DNA of 56,327 bases, counting the filler, from Dirinaria sp. TL-2023a (taxonomy: Eukaryota): the NCBI GenBank assembly GCA_051941275.1. It is 6 parts of 6 records of this genome, joined end to end, with 100 filler letters (N's around TTAATTAATTAA, not from the genome) between each part and the next. Parts side by side here need not be neighbours in the genome. Positions count along the whole stretch, not along the records: positions 28,239 to 37,545 come from JAVEBF010001072.1; positions 37,646 to 46,943 come from JAVEBF010001073.1; positions 47,044 to 56,327 come from JAVEBF010001074.1; 3 more parts are not named here. One strand, written 5' to 3'. The position numbers and the translations under genes were made by a program. The notes under the pieces were generated by a model. That model saw only the letters and a program-made list of their open reading frames with translations. It ran no database searches and was not told the origin of the DNA. Every line of letters begins with the position of its first letter. The first letter of the stretch is position 1. Shown one piece after another: positions 37,439 to 49,367 of the stretch.

Positions 37439-37545
37439 AATCTTCTTTTTCTGTCTCTCGCGTTTGACCTGGCCTTTTCTTTCTGCTCTCTCTTTGAGAG
37501 TTGGGATCGGGGGAGGGGAGGGAGATGGTGTGCGCTTTTTAAGGT

Positions 37546-37645
37546 NNNNNNNNNNNNNNNNNNNNNNNNNNNNNNNNNNNNNNNNNNNNTTAATTAATTA
37601 ANNNNNNNNNNNNNNNNNNNNNNNNNNNNNNNNNNNNNNNNNNNN
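37546..37645. other. Artificial contig spacer
   Basis: Same 100-nt structure. Confidence 0.98.
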
Positions 37646-37665
37646 GGGAAAAAAAAAAAAAAAAA

Positions 37666-37902
37666 CTAGACACAAGCCCAGCACCAGCCCCAGCACAACA
37701 CACAAATCGCAGCAGCAAGCAGGCCCGTCGCTGTCATGGACAGCTTGGCGAAGGCGAGGGCCGGCACGAGGACAATGGGGACTTCGACGACCAGCACTTG
37801 GCAGCTGGGCGGGTAGTTGGCGGCCAGCCGGAGAGCCATGCCGGCAATGCTGATGCCGACTAGGAGGCTGAGGAGGAAGAGGTTGTGAATGCTGAGCGCC
37901 AT
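37666..37902 (-). CDS. Possible small hydrophobic membrane protein, 78 aa
   Basis: ATG in good context (CAAAATGG), three hydrophobic segments, C-ending codon bias; abuts the contig edge. Confidence 0.4.
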   Translation of the reverse strand: MALSIHNLFLLSLLVGISIAGMALRLAANYPPSCQVLVVEVPIVLVPALAFAKLSMTATGLLAAAICVLCWGWCWACV

Positions 37903-39971
37903 TTTGAGGTGGGCGAGGGGGGGGCAGAAGGGGGGGGACGCTTTGTGGTAGAGCGGTGGTTGTGATTGAAGTCTCTAGATGTCTGAGATCCTGCTGTTCT
38001 GACTGTGGGATTTTGTACTTACTGTTGATGGATGTGGGTTGCTGTTGATATGGTTCTTGAAGGCTGTGGAAGAATAGGAGAGATGGTTTGTCTGAGAGGG
38101 TCTGCTGGCTGCTTGAGTGTCTTTTAGTAGATCTCGGCGCCGAGCAAACTGGTAGACACGTATGTAGGCGCGAAGACAACAACAAAGGAATGAGATGCAG
38201 GTAGACTTGTCTTTCTTGCCAAACAGCTCATCCTAGATTAAGTCTTGAGGATAAAGGTTTGAGGTCATAGAGTATAATGAAGCTCTTGCAATGTTCTATC
38301 CGATTTTGTACGGCGTCAACGAACGCTGCATTGCATGAAAGAACTGCGAACAGAAACAGAAGACGACACGGTTTTTGAGGACTCTTATTGCATTGCAATG
38401 ATGATGTATCGGGCACAGCTTGAAAAAGAAGAAAAGCAGCTGCTGTCACTCTCCCTTCATTGAACAGCACCCAATGGCATAACACTATCTTTCAGCAACA
38501 ACACAATGAGACTAAGGCCTAAGAGCTGTTGAGAAGTCTGCAAAAGTGGTAGCAGTGTGTAGCCAGGTCTATGGATTATCGGCTGACGAGCGCAGGCCCG
38601 GTGCAGCATACATATCTTTCTATCTTCTTCATTCCATGTGTTGCCACTATCGCTGCGGTCCTAAGCCTTTTGCTGTCTATACCACTTCATAGCACAGAGC
38701 TGGCTGACAAGAACTTAATGGAAGAGGGCTTCCAGATTGGATTCGGCAACAGCATCTCCAGTTGACCTAGGAATTGATAGAGGATTCGACCTCTGACACC
38801 GTCAGCTCTTCGAAGCCATCCTGTCTGTGTTCGCCGTGCCGGTGACTGTAGGTGATGCATATATCAAGCTGTGAGACTCTTTGGTGGCATGGACTTGAAG
38901 ACCGGAGCTTCCACATCTGGTCGTTGCCTCTTACTTGACAGCATCTGCCTGGAGGGAAAAAAAAGAAAAAAGACTTCGTATTCTACTGATAGAGACATCA
39001 CCAACCGTACAACGACCATCTTGCAGGACGACAGGTATCTAGAGGCTATTTATCTTCTGTCATACCATTGTTATAGTTTGGAGCCCATTTGGTACACGGC
39101 TCTCAAGATGGCGGTCTCACTCAGGAAATCAGCTCAAGACGCCTGCTGAGACTATTAGCTTGCATGGCTATACCTTTTGTTGCTCATGGATTTAGGTATG
39201 TCGCAGCTCTCACGGCGGTGTTGCATGCTCTGAATTCGCTGAGTTTAAAGTGCTAATTATCTCCGATCTCATAGGTAGCGACTCATCGCTAACTCTCAAA
39301 ACCAAAGCATCGCCATTTGCTTGCATCCTCTCTGCACCGTCATTACTGAGAAAGAGGAGGCGATGTGATGTGGAATGCGACAGGCGTATCCAGGGTTAGC
39401 GCGACGTCGATCCGCCGAAAGGCTTTTGCATCGCGGGCTCGCGGCTTCCTCCGGTCAGCTGACCAGTCTGCAGATTAAGAGCAATAACTTGCAGCCATGC
39501 AGAATTGACAGGAGTGGCTTGCAGCAACGGGTGGCAATACTGCAGCCCTGGCAGGTTTGCAATATCCCGGGGCTACTTGACACCATAAGCTACCTTACTG
39601 TCTGTGAATAAATCTTCTAAAAGGTCGTCCGTCAACAATGGCGGTAAGAACACCGAACTGTGCAGCCCGAGATCAACAACGCCAGCATGCATGTCGGAGT
39701 TTTACTCAAACTATACCATATGGCACCGGCATATTCATTGGGCTGCATTGGGCTGTCCAACCTCAGTTGAGCCTTAACTAGCCCCTTCTCTACGTTGCGG
39801 CTGCATTTTGCCCTACTCAAAGTACCCTTAAATGTCATGGCAGGCTCATGTTCTCCCAACGTCACTAGCAAGCTTGAGCATAGTGAGAGAACCATTTATA
39901 TTATCCACCCCGCGCATCGTCAAAGGTGACTCGAGCGACTCTTCTGTTATAAGTAATAGCATTCTACTCCG

Positions 39972-41637
39972 ATGACTTCTAGTTCTGATACTACGTCGAA
40001 TACAATCCGTTACAATGAAATGCAAGAACACAAAAGCAATGACGATTGCTGGATAGCTGTTCATTCAAAAGTATACGATGTGACAGGCTTTCTAGAAGCT
40101 CACCCTGGAGGCTCCTCAAGTTGGTCATGCCATTTTTTTCCAGAATTCTGACTAATAGTACCGGCACAGTCATTCTAAAGTATGCAGGAGAAGATGCTAC
40201 TGCGCCCTACGATGAGGTTCACGCTCCTGGCATACTGGAAGAAACCCTCTCGAAAGACAATTACAAAGGTCTATTGGAACAAATTGATATCATGAAAACC
40301 TCTCAAGCCCAGAAAACCAACGAAGACAAGATTACGGAGGTTAATAATCAGAGTTCGAACACCAAATCGTATCATAAGCCAGATCTTTACAGACTCATTT
40401 CACTGCAAGATTTCGAGGATGTGGCCCAGCAGACTTTGACACCAAAAGCATGGGCTTTTTACTCCTCAGCGGCCACAGACCTTCTCACCCATCATGCCAA
40501 CTCCCAATTCTTCCGCCGGATTATGTTTCGGCCGCGCGTCATGCGCAATATCGCACAATGTTCGATGAAGCGCTCCATTCTTGGTTTTCCCAGTGAAGCG
40601 CCTTTTTTTGTGAGTCCGGCAGCAATGGCAAGAATGGCCCACCCTGATGGAGAGGTTGCTTTGGCTAAAGGATGCGCTAATCAAGGCATTATTCAATGCG
40701 TAAGTCAGTAATCCAACTTCCGCAGTCGAGATGTTGACTGTATCAAATGTTGGTAGATTTCTAGTAATGCTTCATATCCTCTCGCCAGCATCATTGACGC
40801 TGGCTTCTCTGATCAAAATTTCTTTTTCCAACTCTATGTCAATGCAGAGCGCGAGAAGACGGCCCAGCTTCTCCGCAGAGCACGGCAGCTTGGGATCAGG
40901 GCTATCTTCATCACAGTCGATGCACATATCGCAGGAAAGCGGGAGGCAGACGAAAGAGTAGCTGCTGAAAATGTTTCTTCCCCTGTCAGTGGTGCCTTAG
41001 CAGGCAATGACACGAAGGGAGGTGGCATGGGTAGGCTCATGGGTCAATACATTGACCGTACGTTGAATTGGAACGACGTCGCCTGGATCAAGGAAGTTTC
41101 ACAGTTACCGATCGTCATCAAAGGTATTCAGTGCGCTGCGGATGCACAGAAGGCTCTAGAAGTGGGAGCACACGGCATTTTGATTAGCAACCATGGTGGA
41201 AGATGCCTGGACACGTAAGTGCTCTCTCTCAAGTATCCCAAAAGTTGTTCGCACCCCTGACTGTGTGCAGTGTACAGCCTTCCATACTCACTCTTCTCGA
41301 GCTGCACCGCGTCTGCCCGGATATCTTCTCTCGGCTTGAAGTCTATCTTGACGGCGGTATAAGGCGTGGCTCGGATATACTCAAAGCACTTTGCCTCGGC
41401 GCTACCGCGGTGGGACTTGGGCGGCCATACCTGTACTCGCTAACATACGGACAGGAGGGCGTGGAGCAGCTGACGGAGATACTGAAAGATGAACTACAGA
41501 CAAGCATGAAGCTCGCTGGCATTACTGACCTCGACCAGGCACATCCAGGACTCGTCAATACCAGAGACGTAGATTACCTCGTTGAGAGGGACGTCGAACA
41601 TGAGTGGATTCGGTGGAAGCCCAAAGCAAGGATGTGA
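39972..41637 (+). CDS. CYB2: Flavocytochrome b2-like FMN-dependent alpha-hydroxy acid dehydrogenase, about 500 aa (exons 39972-40119, 40170-40699, 40757-41214, 41271-41637)
   Basis: b5 domain (DCWIAVHSKVYDVT..HPGG), FRPRVMR, TVDA, IVIKGIQ, SNHGGR, DGGIRRGSD; ends in PTS1-like ARM; paralog identity uncertain. Confidence 0.9.
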
Positions 41638-41819
41638 GATCATCACAGCTGGATGAAACGCAATGAATCCAAAGCTTCACAATCTAACGCTCTGGTGTCT
41701 GGCTGCTGCAAAATAAACCGTCTGTTACCATGCGAACCTCATCATAAGATGCATTGTTTGAGCCAGAAAGTATAGCCACTTACCCTAGATTCTCTTTATC
41801 AGACTATCTTATCTACCAA

Positions 41820-42572
41820 CTACGCCTTTTTCTTCCCGCTGCCTACAGGACTCTTAGCCCCCCTATCGTTGTGTCTTTCTCTTCTCTCACTCCTCATCTT
41901 CGCGATCTCTTGCCCCTCCTTCCTCTCCGCATACCATTGTCCCGCCTGCAAGACCAAAACGCCTACCAAGACCAATGCCAAGATGGTGTTACTAGCCGCC
42001 AGCACCTTCAAGCTATCTTCCCTGCCCAGAGGCTTCTCGCCTTCAACGTCACCCATCATCCCTGGTATCGCCCCTTCGCCCTCGACGAGTTCCTGGGTGT
42101 AATCACCCGAACTCACAACGCGCAGGCCTTTGACAATGTTGGTGATGTAGATGATCACGCCAATCATGTAGAGAACCAGCGAGGCACCATCGAACAGCAT
42201 ATTGCTCTCGGAAGGCTTGTAGAGCTTTGTCAGGAAGCCGATCAAGCCCAGCGCGATGACAATGTGCAAGATTCGCGGTATCAGAGCGGGCGCAGCATGC
42301 AGGTGCTTCAGGTGCGCTTCCAGGAACGGTAGATAGGATTCCGCCGTTGGAGCGGCGGTCCAGAGCAGAGGGTAATCGTATGGGAACATGGAGAAGAGGA
42401 TACCGAGAAAGAAGGAGGTAGGGCACAGGATGAGGAAGGTGGCGAACGACGTGGCCTGTTGCGGAGGCAGGTCATCGTCGGTCTGGTTTATTGAATGACG
42501 AGAATTGCGGGCGTTGGCACCTTGAGGGCGCTGTCGTATAGCGAAATGGCTGAGAGCACCGAGAACCGACAT
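41820..42572 (-). CDS. SHR3: ER membrane chaperone for amino acid permeases, Shr3/ShrA
   Basis: TSFFLGILF..FPYDYPLLW, KLYKPSESNMLFDGASLVLY, LKVLAASNTIL, LVLQAGQWYAE, basic tail; the first ~40 codons may include an in-frame intron. Confidence 0.9.
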   Translation of the reverse strand: MSVLGALSHFAIRQRPQGANARNSRHSINQTDDDLPPQQATSFATFLILCPTSFFLGILFSMFPYDYPLLWTAAPTAESYLPFLEAHLKHLHAAPALIPRILHIVIALGLIGFLTKLYKPSESNMLFDGASLVLYMIGVIIYITNIVKGLRVVSSGDYTQELVEGEGAIPGMMGDVEGEKPLGREDSLKVLAASNTILALVLVGVLVLQAGQWYAERKEGQEIAKMRSERRERHNDRGAKSPVGSGKKKA

Positions 42573-42816
42573 CGTATCTACTTCTGTTGTTCTTTCGCGA
42601 ACGGTCTAGCAAGGCTTAGTGGGTTTGTAATCGGCTGATCAGCTCGGCGTCGGGTACTGAGATAGATGCGTCACGGACAGCCTGTAGACGCTACGCAAAC
42701 CCTGAAAACATTAAAAGAGGTACAGTATCATAAGGAAGCACCCGAGTGCAATAATGTCCAATGCAGTGTGTGGTTGGCAGCGTGTGCTTATCGCGCCATG
42801 AGCTCAGGTGCATGAG

Positions 42817-42863
42817 GTAGCTCCCTTACCCTTTGCGTAGCTCCCTTACCCTTTGCGTAGCTC
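42817..42863 (+). repeat. 20-bp tandem duplication (GTAGCTCCCTTACCCTTTGC)x2.3
   Basis: Read directly; lies in the SHR3/Zn2Cys6 divergent promoter. Confidence 0.95.
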
Positions 42864-43337
42864 AACGTTATCGTCAGGATGATGATCCGTTGGGTCGGTT
42901 GCGCTCCTGGCAATTGGGCACAGCAGCCACAGCTGGACCGAAGATGACCCTGGCTCGGCCTGGCACCTCCTGAACGAGTCAACGACAGGCAGTGGCTCGC
43001 ACTTCTCGCCGGAGCTTTGCCGTTGCAATAAGCTCATCCTCTAGCTCTACATCTGGTTAAACACAGTCGATCTTCAGCAGGGGTTCCGGTACCCTTTGGG
43101 AACCCTCGAACCGTCTCGCCCGTACCTACCTGAACAAGCAAACCCAATTCGATTGGCAGCCCAAAGGGCTCTCTAGTGCTATTTGCGGGGTTAAGGTCAA
43201 AATGGCTTGCATGGGAAGCTCAGTATCAGCTTCAAATCCGCGACTTCATCTTGTCATCACCCTCACAAAGTCTTACCCGAACATCGACTTCAGTCATTCG
43301 CGCGGTAACAGTAGCAACGACCAGCTTGAACAGCACA

Positions 43338-45712
43338 ATGTCCAAAAGAAGCTGGACTGAAGCCAACAGCAGTGGTATGATCGGTAGTGCTCGCCATTCC
43401 ACCATCACCAGACGACAGCTTTCCTTGAGCAATGCCTCTCCGCGGCACATGAGTGCGCCTATTTTGCCTCCGGCGGCGAACGTATCGGTTCCGCGCGATG
43501 GAAATGCGGACATTAACGGCGATCAAAGCCATGCGGATAGCTCTCCGAACCCAAGACCATTGTCTCAAGGAAGCCAGACAGGAGCTCGGCTTCAGTCATC
43601 GATAGCTGGTGGACCTTCGGATGAGACGCAGATCACGCAGCCAGGGATCACGCGTAAAGTCAAAGCCTGTGCAGCATGTCGGAAACAGAAGGTCGGAATC
43701 GAATATTTCATTGATTGCCAAGTGGCTTTGATTGAATCCAAGGAAGTGGTTACGATTCTAATGTGGAGACTTCTAGATCAAATGTATCATGCCGAATGAT
43801 CAGCCACCCTGTACGCGCTGTGTTCGAAGAAATCTATCTTGTGTATTAAACAAAAGTCTTCAATCATTGATTGAGGATACACGGCAAACGAACATCCTAC
43901 ACAGTGATGTTTCCCAAATCCATGCCGTTCTGACCGAGGTCTGTAAGCGTATTGATCTTGCTCCTCCACCTCCATTGCAGACTGGAAAGGATAATGCTAC
44001 GAGCCTTCAGACCAAAGAATCGTCTCCTCCAAGCGACGTGGATCAGCAAGGCAACTACGAACCTTCTCCTCCGCAATCACCACCAGACAGTGCGTTGGCA
44101 CAAGCCCCAATTGAGTCGTTTCGGAGAATAGCGCAGCTGGCGTCACCACCATCAGGAGCATTGAGTCATGATCAAGCCTTTGAAAGGGGGCGGAATTCCG
44201 CAGACAATGATCTCATCTCGAAAGGCATCATTAATGTGGCGACCGCCGAACGTCTTCTACACCGCTACCTGCAAAAACTTGATCCTTATATTTACGGTCT
44301 TGGTAGTATTTACTCAGACTTGCAGACTTTGCGACAGGCATCTCCAGCATTAACAGCATGTATCTGCACAGTTGCAGCCTTGCACGATGAACGTGATAAC
44401 AGCGAACTCTACGAAATCTGTAACCACGAGTTTCGTCGCATAATATCAAAAGCGCTCTTTGAAAAACGGGATACGCAGTTTTTGCTCGCTCTCACAATTG
44501 GAAGCTATTGGTTAAGTGACATCGCTCGTATATTGTCTGGTGACGCTATTCGGCGAGCTGCAGATCTTCGTCTGCACAGGTACTATCATCAACTCGTGGA
44601 TTCGGATCTGCAGAAAATGACGGCAGATGCAAGCCGGAAGTTGGTCTGTGGCGTTCGCCTATGGTACTTGCTTTATATTTGTGATCAACATCTTGCAATA
44701 CTATACAATCAACGGTCTACGATGAGAGAGCAAGACACCATCACCGGGTGGGAAGCCTACCTTGAAAGTCGGCAAGACGCAGATGCAGATTCTGACATGC
44801 GAATCTCGTCTCAAGTCGCACTTCTGCTCATTATGTCCAGGATTCGTGAGACGTTTGGCTCAGACACGTGCGAGCCTATTCTAAAGGCATCTGTCGCACA
44901 GCTCAATGATTTTAGTAGGCAGATAGACGAATGGCTGTCCCGATGGGGCACTGCATTGAGTAAGTACAGAAGAAGAAAATAATTGGTGAATTTCACTAAT
45001 TATCACAGGGCCAAATCAATACGTGGGAGATTTTCCCACAAAAGGTGTCAATCTACACTACCATTTTGCGAAATTACATTTGTTTCATCACGTTTTCAGA
45101 GGATTGAGATCGGGAGATACCAGCGGCAGCGTTTTGCCAATTCCTGAATTCTTTCGGCCAGCCGCATTAGGGGCAGTTTCTGCCGCCATTTCTATTCTGG
45201 AATTTCTGCTGCATGACGCAGACTTGAGGAACAGTTTGATCGGTGTCCCTCACTATTTCCACACCATGATTACCTTTGCCGGCCACTTCCTGCTTGAAGC
45301 ATCGACGAGATATGGGGAGCAGCTGTCGAGCGACCAATCATATGTGTTCAGTCTCATACAGAACATCATCCATTTGTTCCACACTACTCCCTGTATAGAG
45401 CAACACCCGATCCATCGGATGGCTGTTGGGCTGGACAGGAAGCTGCAGAACTGTCAAGGGGCGAAAAGTGAACCGATGAGCTATTCAGCTGAATCAATTC
45501 ATCCTAGTCTTGCTTTCACATCAAGAGAAAGCGCGAGCTATTGGGGTATGGACAACGGCAGCGCCAATCAAACGTACCACAATCAGCCTCCGCTTAACTA
45601 TGGGGCCGATCAGGATTTCGCCACTCTGCACGATACTTCAGACCTAAGTCTGTCCTTTCCAGCGTTTGGCGAGTTTGATTACCCGGATATGCGCATGAAT
45701 TTTCTGCTATAA
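43338..45712 (+). CDS. Zn(II)2Cys6 fungal transcription factor, about 746 aa (exons 43338-43691, 43777-44959, 45009-45712)
   Basis: ACAACRKQK-IKCIMPNDQPPCTRCVRRNLSC; middle homology region RLWYLLYICDQHL. Confidence 0.93.
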
Positions 45713-45937
45713 TTAATAATACTAGGACGGGTCGTTAGATTTTGAAATTTGGTCCTAAAGCAGGTTTCTAAAGCGGGTTTCGATTGTACTCCCTAGCACT
45801 TGCATTCCTATATGAGCTCTGACGCCAAAGTCTGATCAGACGTGCGAACCTTTCAGAGACTAAAGCCCATTGCGTGCTCAAAGAGAGCATGAACAGTCGG
45901 GCTATTCAAAGCAAGGCTTCTGCACTGCTGAACTTTC

Positions 45938-46943
45938 TCAAGATCTCTTACTATAGTCTTCCAGATATTCCTGCAAGGTCTGTTCTAACGGATGATCGTC
46001 CACAAAACCCAAACTCTTCGCTAGTGAAGTATCTAGTCTCGTCGGCCAGCTTTTAACAATCGTCTCAGTCCCTTCGTCGATCCTCTGCTCTACCAGATCA
46101 AGCGCCTTCTGACCCCCTACCTTCTCCAGAGCCTTGAGCATCTCATCCACCGTCACGGTTATTCCGGGTAGATTGACCGTCCGCGACCTGCCCGCGTATC
46201 GCTCTGTTGGGATATCCTTGGCCAGGATTAGATTTCGAACCACCGTCCTCGGCGACGCGATCCAGATCTCCAGCTCTTTTGAGACTGGAAGGATGGCTTT
46301 TTCGCCATTCAACGGTTCACGAAAGATACCAGAAGCGAAGGATGAGGCGGCGCCGGTCGGTTTTCCGGGTCTTACAGTCACCTACACCAAAGCTCTAGCA
46401 AACTGCTTACGAATCACGTGGAAGTGAGAGTCATCTCTCATCACCCAAAAAAAAAGAAAAAAAACTCACAGTCGGAAGCCTCAAAATCCTCGCATCCAAC
46501 AACCCGCGCCTCGAAAAATCATTCAGCAAAGTCTCACAGATGAGTTTCTGAGCCCCGTAGCTCGATCTCGGGCTCGGCGCTATCCGCTCAGTCGTCAATT
46601 CCCTCCCTTCTTTCCCTCCTCCACCACCATCATCATCACCATCAGAAGAAGAAGGCCCGTAAACCGCCAAACTCGACGGATAAACAATCCTCACCCCGGG
46701 ATTCACATTCCTCAGAATATCCAAGATCTGTCGCGTCGAATCCAGATTGACTTTGAGACCGAGCTCGAGATTCGCTTCGGATTGGCCGGACATGATGCCG
46801 TGCAGGAGGTAGATGAGGTTGAATTGGGGAGTGAAGAGGGAAGAGCAGGTGGAGGGGGAGGTTAGATCTGCGCTTAGGCTGGATGTTTTTATGTTTTCAT
46901 TGGGTTTTGTTGATGAAGGGGAGGAGGGGGGGGATGGAGATGG
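45938..46943 (-). CDS. NAD-dependent epimerase/dehydratase-family SDR, D-erythronate dehydrogenase (DenD)-like; 5' end cut by the contig edge (intron 46382-46469)
   Basis: LHGIMSGQSEANLELGLKVN, SSLAVYG, SSYGAQK (YxxxK), LRLPT-VTVRPGKPTGAASSFASGIFREPL, IVKSWP. Confidence 0.85.
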
Positions 46944-47043
46944 NNNNNNNNNNNNNNNNNNNNNNNNNNNNNNNNNNNNNNNNNNNNTTAATTAATTAAN
47001 NNNNNNNNNNNNNNNNNNNNNNNNNNNNNNNNNNNNNNNNNNN
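46944..47043. other. Artificial contig spacer
   Basis: Same 100-nt structure. Confidence 0.98.
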
Positions 47044-48039
47044 GGGGGCTGCCCTAGATGGGGTGTAGACGAGGGTCCTTGGAGGAGGAGTAGTACCTCC
47101 AGGTCGTTGGGATTATTTGGGTGATGCAGGGTGCAAACTGCAAGAGCAGTCCCCTCGCTCTTTTCGCTCTTACCATACTTTACCTACTCCGTACCGTCTC
47201 ATGAAGCGAAACGACGCTAATTGTTAGCGCAGTACATGCCATCCATGGTGTGCTGCTGATCCATGTCGGGTACCTTGGCTGTGGGCAGCACGCTAAAACC
47301 ATCGTGGATTCGTGGGTGACGGTGGACCTGCGCAGGCACTGAAGCAGCCAGGGCACTGCGCGAGCGATGCAGAGAGACTGCAGCTTGGGGCGGAGGTTGG
47401 CGCATGCAACGACCAGGGTATGCAGTGTACTACGACGGTATTTTTTCCTAAACGTCTACCTTAGCTCCACAATCTTTTCCCCCAGGGCCCCAAGTGCCAG
47501 TGCTTATGCACAATCACAATTAGAGCTTGAAAAGCTGTTCGCCTTCTTTCGCTTGCTCAGATGCCTGCCCTTGGTGTTCATAAAATGCTGGCAGTGCCGC
47601 CATTGTTGCTTCTTGACTCAGGTCGCCGCTCCTATAGCGTATCTTCTAATCAGCTCGTCGATGGAGTAGCGCCCGTGTCTTCCTTTTACTATTCTCCCTC
47701 TCAGTAATAATAAACTTGCTATCATTTTTGCGTCTCTCTCACTTGTTCCCTTTCCCCTCCCGGTATTTCATCGCCCGCTAGCTCTCTGCTGAACCAACCT
47801 CTACATTGTTACTCTATCGTCCCACCCTACGCTCTACTTCCTTCCGCTTCCTTCCGTCAACTACAGCCCCCCATCCAACAGTCTCACCAGTCTCCGGTGT
47901 CCGATCTGACGTACGCATTGCACCGTATAAGATCTCCAGCTATCCACCAACATCTCCTGACACGCTGTTTGCCGGCTCGTCCAATCCTGCATCTGGACGC
48001 GCGATCGACGTCGACATATTGACTACGTCGTTGCGAGCC

Positions 48040-49367
48040 ATGCAGAGCATTACCCCACAATCAATGCGATCACCGATATCACCCTACGAGCAGCAATCGA
48101 AGCATCCATTCTTATCACAATATCCGTCAACTCCGCAAGCCGAGCAAGGAGTGCAGAATCACGGCCTTGGACTCTTCAGCTGCTCGGTTCCCCAGTCGCA
48201 GAGCACAGCTCACCATCTACCCCCATCGCCTCAGCCGTCAGAGAGCTGGCAGCAGCAGCAGCAGCCGTCCATGATGGAGCAAGATTTTCCACCATCATCC
48301 CAGCCGCCGGATATCTTCACAGCAGCGTACGATCCCTTCTCAGGATTTTCTGCCCAGTCGAACACCGGCATGATGTCAGCACAGTCGCCTGAAGCACCGG
48401 GTCTGGTGTACTGCCAGACTCCACCAAGCACTAATTTCCCCTCCCACCGCTCGTCAATATCATCGTCATACTCGTCCTCAGAAGCTTCGTACCACAGCAG
48501 TTCTGAGGTGATGTATACGCCCAAAGTGAAGGTTGAGGAAGCAAGCGAATGGTACCCTTCGCCAGCGAATGAGCAAGTCCTTCAAAGATCTTTGACGACA
48601 CAAGGCATGTCACCCTACCCCACCGGCGTATCGCCCGTCAGCGCGCCCGCCGAGGATCTCTATCGCACCCAGACAGCAGACTGGCCGAGGCCTCAAACTT
48701 CCAGCTACCCGATCGAGCTTCATAACACAGAAGGTGCGCGCCGTGTCACGTATGAGAACGCACCGGTGCTACCAAGCGTTGGGCGTGTAAAAAAGAAGCG
48801 CCAAAGGACCACTCCTGCGGAGGCTACACATGAGTGCCAAGTTTGTGGCAAGCTTTTCAAAAGGAGCTACAACTGGAAGTCTCACATGGAAACGCATAAT
48901 CCCGAACGCAAATACCCTCACCCGTGCACGGCGATGATGGGGAGCACACCCTGCACGAAGAAATTCCAACGCAAGACCGATCTTGACAGGCATTACGATA
49001 GCGTGAGTGTGCCACTTTGCGTCTGTGAATGAGTGCGCTAATCAAGTCCAAGGTCCACCTCAAAACGCGCAACCACCAGTGTGAACTGTGCGGAAATCGT
49101 TTTGCACGCCGAGATACGCTGCGACGACATACCGAAGACGGATGCCCGAAGCGGCTGGAGCTTGGCTTCCGCGAAGGTTCAGGCACAACACCTGGGCGCT
49201 GGTCGTTGACGAATTTCCCGGCACGGAACCGGTCCTACAGCCTCGGCGTCCTGCAACCATCACCCATGGCACCACCACAGTCAGCAGCGTCAGCCAACTA
49301 CGCTCACTACAACCGTCCGGAGTTTGTCAGCAGTCCTACGATGGTATCACCGGTGTATGCTTCATAA
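48040..49367 (+). CDS. C2H2 zinc-finger transcription factor with three fingers, about 425 aa (exons 48040-49002, 49053-49367)
   Basis: CQVCGKLFKRSYNWKSHMETH, CTAMMGSTPCTKKFQRKTDLDRHYDS-VH, CELCGNRFARRDTLRRH; S/P/Q-rich N-terminus. Confidence 0.92.

Noticed and set aside
37598..38185. 195-aa ORF running into Ns
   Set aside because: Low-complexity frame crossing the spacer; not credible
43080..43106. Short inverted repeat gggttcc...ggaaccc
   Set aside because: A stem of about 7 bp is expected by chance; no supporting context
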